From contig NZ_JABEZU010000001.1 of NCBI RefSeq assembly GCF_013149785.1, forward strand, positions 930,001-994,000: a stretch of DNA of 64,000 nt, written 5' to 3'. This document shows positions 20,203-28,726 of the stretch, piece after piece. Position numbers and translations under genes: made by a program. Each line of letters begins with the position of its first letter. Position 1 is the first letter of the stretch. The notes under the pieces are model-generated. The model was not told the DNA's origin, did not search any database, and was given only the letters and a program-made list of their open reading frames with translations. The DNA is from Isoptericola halotolerans. GTDB taxonomy: Bacteria > Actinomycetota > Actinomycetes > Actinomycetales > Cellulomonadaceae.

Positions 20203-22905
20203 ATGACCTCCCTCTTCGACAGCCTCTCGCTGCCCGGCTTCGACGCACCGCCGTCCGACGACACCGCCCGCCTGCCCCGCACCGCGCCGCGGTGGGACGA
20301 CGACGACGCCCCGGCGTGGGCGCAGCCCGCGGCGAAGGAGCGGGGCGACGCGCGCGGGTCCGCGGCGGACGCCGCGGTCGAGGCGCTGCTGGACGGCCTC
20401 AACCCGAACCAGCGTGCCGCCGTCGTGCACGCCGGGTCACCGCTGCTCATCGTCGCGGGAGCCGGCTCCGGGAAGACGCGGGTGCTCACCCACCGGATCG
20501 CCCACCTGCTGGCCACGCGCCGTGCGCACCCGGGTCAGATCCTGGCGATCACCTTCACGAACAAGGCCGCTGCGGAGATGCGCGAGCGCGTCGGTCAGCT
20601 CGTGGGCCCGGCGGCGAGCCGCATGTGGGTGTCGACCTTCCACTCGGCGTGCGTGCGGATCCTGCGCCGCGAGGCCACGACCCTCGGCCTGCGGTCCAGC
20701 TTTTCCATCTACGACGCCGCGGACTCCCAGCGGCTCATCACGCTGGTCTGCCGCGAGCTCGACCTGGACACGAAGAAGTACCCGGCGCGCTCGCTCGCGA
20801 ACAAGATCAGCGATCTGAAGAACGAGCTGATCGACCCCGAGACGTACGCCGAGCGGGCGGGCGGCGACGTGACGGCGGACGGGTGGCGGGAGCGGGCCCT
20901 GGCCGGCGGAGGCCTTGCCGACGCGGGGGCGGCGCAGTTCGACGCGGTGCTCGCCGACGTCTACCGCCGCTACCAGGCTCGACTGGCTCAGGCGAACGCG
21001 CTGGACTTCGACGACATCATCATGACCACGGTCAACCTGCTGCAGGCCTTCCCGGCCGTGGCGGAGCACTACCGACGCCGGTTCCGGCACGTCATGGTCG
21101 ACGAGTACCAGGACACGAACCACGCGCAGTACGTGCTGGTGCGCGAGCTGACCGGCGTCCCCGCGAGGAGCGAGCTCGCGAGCCCCGCGGGCGGGGCGCC
21201 CCGTGACACCGGCGTCGGTGGGCAGGACGACCCGGCCGGCCTCGACCCGGCCGAGCTCACCGTCGTGGGCGACGCGGACCAGTCGATCTACGCGTTCCGG
21301 GGTGCGACCATCCGCAACATCGTGGAGTTCGAGGAGGACTACCCGGACGCCACCACGATCCTGCTGGAGCAGAACTACCGCTCCACCCAGAACATCCTGA
21401 CGGCCGCCAACGAGGTCATCTCGCGCAACCCGGGTCGCAAGCCGAAGCGTCTGTGGACCGATGCCGGCGCCGGTGCGAAGATCGTCGGCTACGTCGCGGA
21501 CGACGAGCACCACGAGGCGCGTTTCGTCGCCCAGGAGATCGACCGGCTCGGTGACGACGAGGGCGTGCGGCCGGGCGACGTCGCGATCTTCTACCGCACG
21601 AACGCCCAGTCGCGGGCGTTGGAGGAGGTGCTGATCCGCGTCGGGCTGCCCTACAAGGTGGTCGGCGGTACGCGGTTCTACGAGCGCAAGGAGGTCAAGG
21701 ACGCCGTCGCCTACCTGCGGGCCCTGGCCAACCCCGACGACGACGTCAGCCTGCGCCGCGTGCTCAACGTGCCCAAGCGCGGGCTGGGGGACCGGGCGGA
21801 GTCGCTCGTCGCCGGGTTCGCGGCCGCCGAGCGCATCTCGTTCGGTGCGGCGCTGGACCGTGTCGACGAGATCCCTGGGATGACGACGCGTTCGCTCAAG
21901 CCGCTGCGGGTCTTCGCCGCGATGATGGGGGAGCTGCGCGCGCTCGTGGACGGCGGGGCCGCTCCGGCGGAGATCCTCGGTGCGGTGCTGGATCGCACCG
22001 GCTACCTGGCCGAGCTGCGCGCGAGCGACGACCCGCAGGACGCCTCGCGGGTCGAGAACCTGGCCGAGCTGCACGCGGTGGCCGCGGAGTTCGCGGAGCT
22101 GGATCCCGAGGGCGACCTCGCGGACTTCCTGGAGCGCGTGTCCCTGGTGGCCGACGCCGACCAGATCCCCGACGAGGACGTCGCCGACGGTGCCGCCGAG
22201 CACGAGCACGACGACGCCCCCGCCGTGGACCAGGGCGTGGTCACCCTGATGACCCTGCACACCGCCAAGGGCCTGGAGTTCCCCGTCGTGTTCCTCACGG
22301 GCATGGAGGACGGGACGTTCCCGCACATGCGCTCCCTGCACGACGACGCCGAGCTCGCGGAGGAGCGGCGCCTCGCCTACGTGGGGATCACGCGGGCACG
22401 CGAGCGGCTGTACATCTCGCGCGCGGGGACCCGCTCGGCCTGGGGGATGGCGAACGAGTTCCCACCCTCGCGGTTCCTCGACGAGATCCCCGCGGAGCTG
22501 TGGGACTGGCGGCGGGCCGAGTCCGCCACCCAGACGCTGCGCCGCGGCGGCTCCGCCTGGGGCGCGCCCGGCGGGGGGCGAGCCGGCGCGGGCCGTGGAG
22601 GATCGTCCGGCTCGACGGGTCAGACGGGGTCGTCCTGGGGCGAGCGGCGGGAGAAGACGGCCCGCACCGGCGCGCCGTCGGGAGCGTCGGATGGTGGTGT
22701 ACCGGGCTTCGGGTCGGCCACCCCGCGTCGGGACGCCGACATCCCGTCGCTGAGCCTGGGGGACAAGGTGACCCACGACGCCTACGGCCTCGGCACCGTC
22801 GTCTCGCTCGAGGGTGCGGGCCACAACGCGGTGGCGAAGATCGACTTCGGCGCGGACGGCACGAAGCGGCTGCTGCTGCGGTTCAGCCCGGTCACGAGGC
22901 TCTGA
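20203..22905 (+). CDS. pcrA: ATP-dependent DNA helicase PcrA/UvrD1
   Basis: AGAGSGKT, TFTNKAA, DEYQDTN, GDADQSIY, LEQNYRS, TLHTAKGLEF, EERRLAYVGITRA. Confidence 0.96.
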   Translation: MTSLFDSLSLPGFDAPPSDDTARLPRTAPRWDDDDAPAWAQPAAKERGDARGSAADAAVEALLDGLNPNQRAAVVHAGSPLLIVAGAGSGKTRVLTHRIAHLLATRRAHPGQILAITFTNKAAAEMRERVGQLVGPAASRMWVSTFHSACVRILRREATTLGLRSSFSIYDAADSQRLITLVCRELDLDTKKYPARSLANKISDLKNELIDPETYAERAGGDVTADGWRERALAGGGLADAGAAQFDAVLADVYRRYQARLAQANALDFDDIIMTTVNLLQAFPAVAEHYRRRFRHVMVDEYQDTNHAQYVLVRELTGVPARSELASPAGGAPRDTGVGGQDDPAGLDPAELTVVGDADQSIYAFRGATIRNIVEFEEDYPDATTILLEQNYRSTQNILTAANEVISRNPGRKPKRLWTDAGAGAKIVGYVADDEHHEARFVAQEIDRLGDDEGVRPGDVAIFYRTNAQSRALEEVLIRVGLPYKVVGGTRFYERKEVKDAVAYLRALANPDDDVSLRRVLNVPKRGLGDRAESLVAGFAAAERISFGAALDRVDEIPGMTTRSLKPLRVFAAMMGELRALVDGGAAPAEILGAVLDRTGYLAELRASDDPQDASRVENLAELHAVAAEFAELDPEGDLADFLERVSLVADADQIPDEDVADGAAEHEHDDAPAVDQGVVTLMTLHTAKGLEFPVVFLTGMEDGTFPHMRSLHDDAELAEERRLAYVGITRARERLYISRAGTRSAWGMANEFPPSRFLDEIPAELWDWRRAESATQTLRRGGSAWGAPGGGRAGAGRGGSSGSTGQTGSSWGERREKTARTGAPSGASDGGVPGFGSATPRRDADIPSLSLGDKVTHDAYGLGTVVSLEGAGHNAVAKIDFGADGTKRLLLRFSPVTRL

Positions 22906-22910
22906 CGTCG

Positions 22911-23456
22911 TCAGGCGGCCCGGCGGTGGTCCTCGACCGCGGTGCGCAGCGAGACGACGTCGGTCCCGCCGGCGTCCAGCGCACGCTCGAGCGCCCGCCC
23001 GCCGGGGCAGTCGGCGCGCACGACCCCGAGCAGCACGTGGCCGCTGCCGATGGTCTTGTCACCGAGCCGCAGCGCCTCGCGCAGCGCCAGCTCGAGCGCC
23101 TTCTTCGCGTCGGGGGCGAACGGGAGGTGGCCCTTGCGGCCCCTGCGGCCGGCACGGTCGAGCGCCCCGCGACCGAACGTCGCGTCGGTCTGCTCGCGGA
23201 CGGCTGCGAGGTCGATGCCGACGGCGGCGAGCGCGGCGGCGTCGAGATCCCCGGTGGTGAGCTCGCGTCGGGTCGCCGCGGCGACGGCGTCCGGGTCGAG
23301 CCCGACGTCCCGCAGCGCCGTCGCCGCGGGTCCGGGGGCCTCGGCGAGAGCGACCACGAGGTGCCGCGTGTCGATCGTCGCGGTGCCGGTCTGGCGGGCG
23401 ACGAGCTGGGCGTCGACGACGGCCTCGCGCGCCCGCCTGCTGAACCTCTCGAACAT
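22911..23456 (-). CDS. stand-alone Clp repeat (ClpC N-terminal) domain protein, 181 aa
   Basis: MFERFSRRAREAVV...GHLPFAPDAKKALELALREALRLG...HVLLG; ATG 23456 after GGAGG; no AAA+ domain. Confidence 0.9.
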   Translation of the reverse strand: MFERFSRRAREAVVDAQLVARQTGTATIDTRHLVVALAEAPGPAATALRDVGLDPDAVAAATRRELTTGDLDAAALAAVGIDLAAVREQTDATFGRGALDRAGRRGRKGHLPFAPDAKKALELALREALRLGDKTIGSGHVLLGVVRADCPGGRALERALDAGGTDVVSLRTAVEDHRRAA

Positions 23457-23458
23457 GT

Positions 23459-23662
23459 CTACCTCCGGTGCTTCTTGTTGACCGCCTGCTTGCTCACGCC
23501 GAGCTGGTCGGCGATCTCCTGCCAGGACCAGCCGAGCTCGCGGGCACGACCGACCTGGAGCGTCTCGAGCCGGTCGGCGAGCTCGCGCAGGGACCGCACG
23601 GCCCGCAGACCCTGGGTGGGGTCGTCGCCGGACGCCGAGGCGACGAGCATCTGTTCCGTCAT
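23459..23662 (-). CDS. small HTH DNA-binding protein (67 aa)
   Basis: RARELGWSWQEIADQLGVSKQAVNKKH helix-turn-helix; coupled to the Clp-N gene. Confidence 0.85.
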   Translation of the reverse strand: MTEQMLVASASGDDPTQGLRAVRSLRELADRLETLQVGRARELGWSWQEIADQLGVSKQAVNKKHRR

Positions 23663-23664
23663 GT

Positions 23665-23708
23665 GTCAACCTTGGTTGACGGAGCGGCGGTTGTCAACCC
23701 TGGTTGAC
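23665..23708. promoter_or_regulatory. two palindromic operators GTCAAC-N4-GTTGAC
   Basis: GTCAACCTTGGTTGAC 23665-23680 and GTCAACCCTGGTTGAC 23693-23708, abutting the HTH start codon. Confidence 0.8.
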
Positions 23709-23809
23709 GACGTTCGACCCCGGGCGGACGCTGTGGAATGGGTCACGGTCCTCGCCGGAATCTCCCGCGGGCGTACCGTCGAGGAGGTCCGGAGGGCTAC
23801 TCTGGACAG

Positions 23810-23831
23810 GATGTCTTGACGTCGAGACATC
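23810..23831. promoter_or_regulatory. 22-bp palindrome upstream of sucC (TamR-like operator)
   Basis: GATGTCTTGACGTCGAGACATC, one mismatch; TACTCT -10 at 23798-23803. Confidence 0.6.
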
Positions 23832-23886
23832 GCTCAGGCCGGCCTCTGCCGACCCAGGGGCTCAACCGATGGAAGGACGCAGCAGG

Positions 23887-25056
23887 GTGGACCTGTTCGA
23901 ATACCAGGCGCGTGACATCTTCGAGAAGCACGGCGTGCCCGTGCTGGGCGGCGTCGTCGCGACGACGCCCGACGAGGCCCGCGAGGGCGCAGAGAAGCTC
24001 GGCGGCGGGACCGTGGTCGTCAAGGCCCAGGTCAAGACCGGTGGCCGCGGCAAGGCCGGGGGCGTGAAGCTGGCGCACTCGCCCGAGGAGGCTGCGCAGA
24101 AGGCCGAGGAGATCCTCGGCATGGACATCAAGGGCCACACCGTCCACCGCGTGATGGTGGCCGCCGGCGCGAAGATCGCCGAGGAGTTCTACTTCTCGGT
24201 GCTCCTGGACCGCTCCAACCGCAACTACCTGGCGATGTGCTCGGTCGAGGGCGGTATGGAGATCGAGCAGCTCGCCGTCGAGCGGCCCGAGGCGCTCGCC
24301 AAGGTCGCCGTCGACCCGATCGTGGGCATCGACGACGCCAAGGCGGCCGAGATCGTCGACGCGGCGGGCTTCGCCGAGGACCTCAAGGCTCCGGTGGCCG
24401 ACGCCATCCGCAAGCTCTGGACCGTCTTCACGGCCGAGGACGCCACCCTGGTCGAGGTGAACCCGCTGGTCCGCACCGAGGACGGCAAGATCATCGCCCT
24501 CGACGGCAAGGTCACCCTCGACGAGAACGCCTCCGAGGTCCGCCACCCGGACCACGAGGCGCTTGAGGACAAGGACGCCACGGACCCGCTCGAGGCCAAG
24601 GCCAAGGCGAACGGTCTCAACTACGTCAAGCTCGACGGTGAGGTCGGCATCATCGGCAACGGCGCGGGCCTCGTCATGAGCACCCTCGACGTGGTCGCCT
24701 ACGCCGGCGAGGCGCACGGCGGGGTCAAGCCTGCCAACTTCCTCGACATCGGTGGCGGCGCGAACTCGCAGGTCATGGCCAACGGCCTGGACGTCATCCT
24801 GCACGACCCGCAGGTCAAGTCGGTGTTCGTCAACGTCTTCGGCGGCATCACCGCCTGCGACGAGGTCGCCAAGGGCATCGTCGGCGCGCTGGAGATCCTC
24901 GGCGACGAGGCCACCAAGCCGCTCGTGGTCCGCCTGGACGGCAACAACGTGGCGCTCGGCCGCCAGATCCTGGCCGACGCGAACCACCCGCTCGTCACCC
25001 TCGCCGAGACCATGGACGGCGGCGCCGAGAAGGCCGCCGAGCTGGCCAACGCCTGA
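23887..25056 (+). CDS. sucC: succinyl-CoA synthetase beta subunit
   Basis: [37 protein letters not shown]; start refined to GTG 23887. Confidence 0.97.
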   Translation: MDLFEYQARDIFEKHGVPVLGGVVATTPDEAREGAEKLGGGTVVVKAQVKTGGRGKAGGVKLAHSPEEAAQKAEEILGMDIKGHTVHRVMVAAGAKIAEEFYFSVLLDRSNRNYLAMCSVEGGMEIEQLAVERPEALAKVAVDPIVGIDDAKAAEIVDAAGFAEDLKAPVADAIRKLWTVFTAEDATLVEVNPLVRTEDGKIIALDGKVTLDENASEVRHPDHEALEDKDATDPLEAKAKANGLNYVKLDGEVGIIGNGAGLVMSTLDVVAYAGEAHGGVKPANFLDIGGGANSQVMANGLDVILHDPQVKSVFVNVFGGITACDEVAKGIVGALEILGDEATKPLVVRLDGNNVALGRQILADANHPLVTLAETMDGGAEKAAELANA

Positions 25057-25093
25057 CCGCCGCCGGACCTGAGAGAGCAGAGACAAGAACACC

Positions 25094-25990
25094 ATGTCGA
25101 TCTACCTGAACTCCGACTCCAAGATCATCGTCCAGGGCATCACCGGCGGGATGGGCGCCAAGCACACCGCCCTGATGCTCGACTCGGGCGCCCAGATCGT
25201 GGGCGGCGTCAACGCCCGCAAGGCCGGCACCACGGTCGAGCACGTCGACCAGCACGGGCACGACGTCGTGTTGCCCGTGTTCGGCACGGTCAAGGAGGCC
25301 ATGGCCGAGACCGGGGCGAACGTCTCCGTGCTGTTCGTGCCGCCGGCCTTCACCAAGGACGCGGCGATCGAGGCCGTCGACGCCGAGATGCCGCTCATCG
25401 TGGTCATCACCGAGGGGGTGCCCGTCCAGGACACCGCCGAGGTCTGGGCCTACCTGCAGGGCAAGAGCACCCGCATGATCGGGCCGAACTGCCCCGGCAT
25501 CATCACCCCGGGCGAGTCGCTCGCCGGCATCACGCCGCACACGATCACCGGCAAGGGCCCGGTGGGCCTGGTGTCGAAGTCCGGCACGCTGACCTACCAG
25601 ATGATGTACGAGCTGAAGGACTTCGGCTTCTCCACCGCCATCGGTATCGGCGGCGACCCGATCGTCGGCACGACGCACATCGACGCGCTCGAGGCGTTCG
25701 AGAACGACCCCGAGACCAAGGCGATCGTCATGATCGGCGAGATCGGTGGCGACGCCGAGGAGCGTGCCGCGGCCTACATCGCCGAGCACGTCACCAAGCC
25801 GGTCGTCGGCTACGTCGCGGGCTTCACCGCCCCCGAGGGCAAGACGATGGGCCACGCCGGCGCGATCGTGTCCGGCTCGGCCGGCACCGCGCAGGCGAAG
25901 AAGGAGGCCCTCGAGGCCGTCGGCGTCAAGGTCGGCAAGACGCCGTCCGAGACGGCCGAGCTCATGCGGGAGATCCTGCAGGGTCTCTGA
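25094..25990 (+). CDS. sucD: succinyl-CoA synthetase alpha subunit
   Basis: [30 protein letters not shown]. Confidence 0.97.
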   Translation: MSIYLNSDSKIIVQGITGGMGAKHTALMLDSGAQIVGGVNARKAGTTVEHVDQHGHDVVLPVFGTVKEAMAETGANVSVLFVPPAFTKDAAIEAVDAEMPLIVVITEGVPVQDTAEVWAYLQGKSTRMIGPNCPGIITPGESLAGITPHTITGKGPVGLVSKSGTLTYQMMYELKDFGFSTAIGIGGDPIVGTTHIDALEAFENDPETKAIVMIGEIGGDAEERAAAYIAEHVTKPVVGYVAGFTAPEGKTMGHAGAIVSGSAGTAQAKKEALEAVGVKVGKTPSETAELMREILQGL

Positions 25991-26123
25991 GCGCCTTCTG
26001 AGCGGCTCGACGTCCACGCCCGCCTCACCCGGTCCCCGGGTGAGGCGGGCGTCGTCGTCCCCGGACCACCAGGGCGCGGCGTGGGACGACGACGGCGCAG
26101 CACGGGCGGGGGACCATGAGGGC

Positions 26124-27377
26124 GTGAGCGCAGCATCCCGGACCGCAGCAACCCGTGTCGTCGAACCCCCGGTGCCGGGGCGGCTGCGGGAGCGCCTGGC
26201 CCTGGGGTCCAGCGGGGTGTGGGCCGCCGTGCAGTCCATCGGCCTGTCGTACACGGTGGTCACCCTGCTCGCCGTGGTCGCCGTGCTCGACGCCCCGTCG
26301 GCCTCGGGCGTCGATGGGGGGCTCGGGGCGGGTGTGGCGGTCGCCACGGGCCTGTGGCTGCTCGGGCACGGCGTCCCGCTGTCGGCGGCCGGGACGACGC
26401 TGACGATCGTGCCGCTGGGCATCACGGCGCTGGTGCTGTTCACCCTGCACGTGGCCGCCAAGAGGTCGGCCGTGCCGACCCTGCCCGCCTGGGTCGCCGG
26501 CACCGTCACCTACGCGGCAGCGACGACGGCTCTGGCGATCGCCCTGGACGTCGTCGGAGGGACGGCCGCGGCTCGCGGCGCCGTGGACGTGGCGGTGCAG
26601 GTGGGTGCCGCTGCGGTCGGTGGCCTCGTCGTCGGCGGTAGCGGGATCGCGCTCGGCATGTTCTCCGCACCGGACGGCCCGTTGCTGGCCGGGCTGGCGC
26701 CGCGGTGGAACCCCTACCTCCCCGACACCTTCCGGCTGGGCATGCGTGCCGCCGTCGTCGGGGTCGGCCTCCTGATGGGCCTGGGGGCTCTGCTGGCCGG
26801 CGTCTGGGCGGTGCTCGGCCGGGACACCGCCGCCGCCGTGGCGGCCGGCCTCGGCGCGGGCTGGCTCGGCACCGTGCTGCTCGGGCTGGCGCAGGCCGTG
26901 CTGATGCCGAACCTCGCCGTCTGGGCGGCTGCATGGCTCGCCGGCCCGGGGTTCGCCGTGGGGCAGGACAGCACCTTCTCCCCGACGCTCACGGAGTCCG
27001 GCCCGCTGCCGGCCGTGCCGCTGCTCGGGTACCTGCCCGGGGAGTCCTGGTCGACGCCGGTCGCTGCGTGGGCCCCGGCGCTGGTGGTGGCCTGCGGTGC
27101 GGTCGGTGGGTGGTTCGCCTGGCGCCGGCTCGAGCCGAGCCTCGTGCGGCCGCGTGACCTGCTGTGGGTCGTCGCCGGCGTCGTCGTGGTCGCGGGGGCG
27201 CTCACCGTGCTGCTGCAGTGGGCGGCCGGGGGTTCTGGGGGCGCCGGTGTCCTCGCCGTGGTCGGTGCCGACGTCTGGGTGACGGGTGCGTCGGTCGCGG
27301 CCGAGATCGCCGGCGGCGCGGCGGTCGTGCTCGGCGGGTACCTCCTCGTCGGGCGGTGGCGGGGCGACATAGGGTAG
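26124..27377 (+). CDS. PerM/DUF6350-family membrane protein
   Basis: WLLGHGVP, PLG.T, PN.AVWAAAW..GPGFAVG, GPLPAVPLL; position between sucD and purN. Confidence 0.82.
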   Translation: MSAASRTAATRVVEPPVPGRLRERLALGSSGVWAAVQSIGLSYTVVTLLAVVAVLDAPSASGVDGGLGAGVAVATGLWLLGHGVPLSAAGTTLTIVPLGITALVLFTLHVAAKRSAVPTLPAWVAGTVTYAAATTALAIALDVVGGTAAARGAVDVAVQVGAAAVGGLVVGGSGIALGMFSAPDGPLLAGLAPRWNPYLPDTFRLGMRAAVVGVGLLMGLGALLAGVWAVLGRDTAAAVAAGLGAGWLGTVLLGLAQAVLMPNLAVWAAAWLAGPGFAVGQDSTFSPTLTESGPLPAVPLLGYLPGESWSTPVAAWAPALVVACGAVGGWFAWRRLEPSLVRPRDLLWVVAGVVVVAGALTVLLQWAAGGSGGAGVLAVVGADVWVTGASVAAEIAGGAAVVLGGYLLVGRWRGDIG

Positions 27378-27382
27378 GGGCC

Positions 27383-28027
27383 GTGCAGACCCCTTCCGGC
27401 CACCTCGTCGAACCGGCGACCGGTGCGCGTCTTGTCGTCCTGGCCTCCGGCGGAGGCTCGAACCTGGCCGCGCTGCTGGCCTCGCACGGCGACCCCGCCT
27501 ACGGGGCGCGCGTCGTCGGCGTGGTCTCCGACAAGCCCGGTGCCGGGGCGCTGGACCTCGCGCGGCAGGCAGGTGTGCCGTCGGTGGTGGTCGAGCCCGC
27601 CGACTTCGCCGACCGGGACGCATGGAACGACGGGCTGGCGGAGGCCGTCGAGGTGTTCCAGCCGCACTACGTCGTGCTGGCGGGATTCATGCGGATCCTC
27701 GCGCCGTCGTTCCTCGACCGGTTCGCCGGACGGGTCGTCAACACCCATCCTGCCCTGCTGCCGTCGTTCCCGGGGGCCCATGGCGTGCGCGACGCCCTGG
27801 CGTACGGCGTGCAGGTCACCGGGTGCACGGTCCATGTCGTGGACCACGGGGTCGACACCGGCCCGATCATCGCGCAGACGGCGGTACCGGTGCTCGACGG
27901 CGACGACGAGGAGACGCTGCACGAGCGGATCAAGGTCGCCGAGCGGTCGCTGCTCGTGGAGACCGTCGGCCGTGTGGCCCGCGAGGGTCTACGGGTCGAC
28001 GGCCGCCGTGTCGTCGTCGGCGGCTGA
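27383..28027 (+). CDS. purN: phosphoribosylglycinamide formyltransferase
   Basis: SGGGSN, LAGFMRIL, NTHPALLPSFPG, VDTGPII, LHERIK; start refined to GTG 27383. Confidence 0.96.
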   Translation: MQTPSGHLVEPATGARLVVLASGGGSNLAALLASHGDPAYGARVVGVVSDKPGAGALDLARQAGVPSVVVEPADFADRDAWNDGLAEAVEVFQPHYVVLAGFMRILAPSFLDRFAGRVVNTHPALLPSFPGAHGVRDALAYGVQVTGCTVHVVDHGVDTGPIIAQTAVPVLDGDDEETLHERIKVAERSLLVETVGRVAREGLRVDGRRVVVGG

Positions 28028-28066
28028 CCGGACCGAGGTGCGCCGGCCGGGGCGGGTGCGCCGTCG

Positions 28067-28654
28067 TCAGGTCCGGGTCGTCGGGGCCCCGTCCGCGTCC
28101 TGCTCCTGGCGCGGGCCGAGCGCCAGGAGGAGCTGGTAGACCTCCCGTGCCTCGGAGGGTTCGGCGCGGGCGGTCTCGAAGACGCGGTCGGTCCATCGCT
28201 TCTGCAGGTCGACGAGCTCCTCGGAGAACCGCTGCGCCTCCTCGGCGGTGAGCGGCAGGTTGTTGAGCACCAGCAGACGCTGACGGCCGTCCTCGTCCGG
28301 GCGTCGCCCCGTGGACGCGCGGCCGATGAGCTCCTGCAGCCACGCCGTCGCGGGCCGCAGCGCCTGGTCTGCCGCGCCAGGGGTCTCCGGGTCCACCTGG
28401 TACGAGGAGGCGACGTTCCGCCAGACGCGGTCCCGCTTGTCCCGGGCGTGCTCCGGGGCCTCGACGACCATGCCTGCCCTCGCCAGCGTGCGCAGGTGGA
28501 AGCTGACCGAGTTGGCCGGTTCGGAGATGGCCGCTGCGAGGTCGGCAGCACGCGCGTGGCCGGAGACGGCGAGCTGCAGGAGGATGCGCTGCCGCACGGG
28601 GTGGGCGATGGCCTTCAGCGCCTCGGGGCTCTGCACCAGGAAGGTCTCGTCCAT
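28067..28654 (-). CDS. ArsR-like winged-helix transcriptional regulator
   Basis: ALKAIAHPVRQRIL...SVSFHLRTLARAG...DKRDRVW; C-terminal LTAEEA helix. Confidence 0.9.
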   Translation of the reverse strand: MDETFLVQSPEALKAIAHPVRQRILLQLAVSGHARAADLAAAISEPANSVSFHLRTLARAGMVVEAPEHARDKRDRVWRNVASSYQVDPETPGAADQALRPATAWLQELIGRASTGRRPDEDGRQRLLVLNNLPLTAEEAQRFSEELVDLQKRWTDRVFETARAEPSEAREVYQLLLALGPRQEQDADGAPTTRT

Positions 28655-28666
28655 GTCCGGATGCTA

Positions 28667-28722
28667 GCAAGAAACACTGCGCAACAGATCTTGCGCAGTA
28701 GATATTGCGCAACTAGTGTTGC
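28667..28722. promoter_or_regulatory. four abutting 14-bp imperfect palindromes GCA-N8-TGC
   Basis: GCAAGAAACACTGC, GCAACAGATCTTGC, GCAGTAGATATTGC, GCAACTAGTGTTGC. Confidence 0.75.
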
Positions 28723-28726
28723 GGGC

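Noticed and set aside
20203..22905. Insertions in PcrA as possible inteins
   Set aside because: Short low-complexity Gly/Ala loops with no intein terminal motifs
22911..23669. Single 252-aa ORF, or a clpC pseudogene
   Set aside because: The HTH is in another frame, and the Clp-N ORF has its own SD, ATG and clean stop
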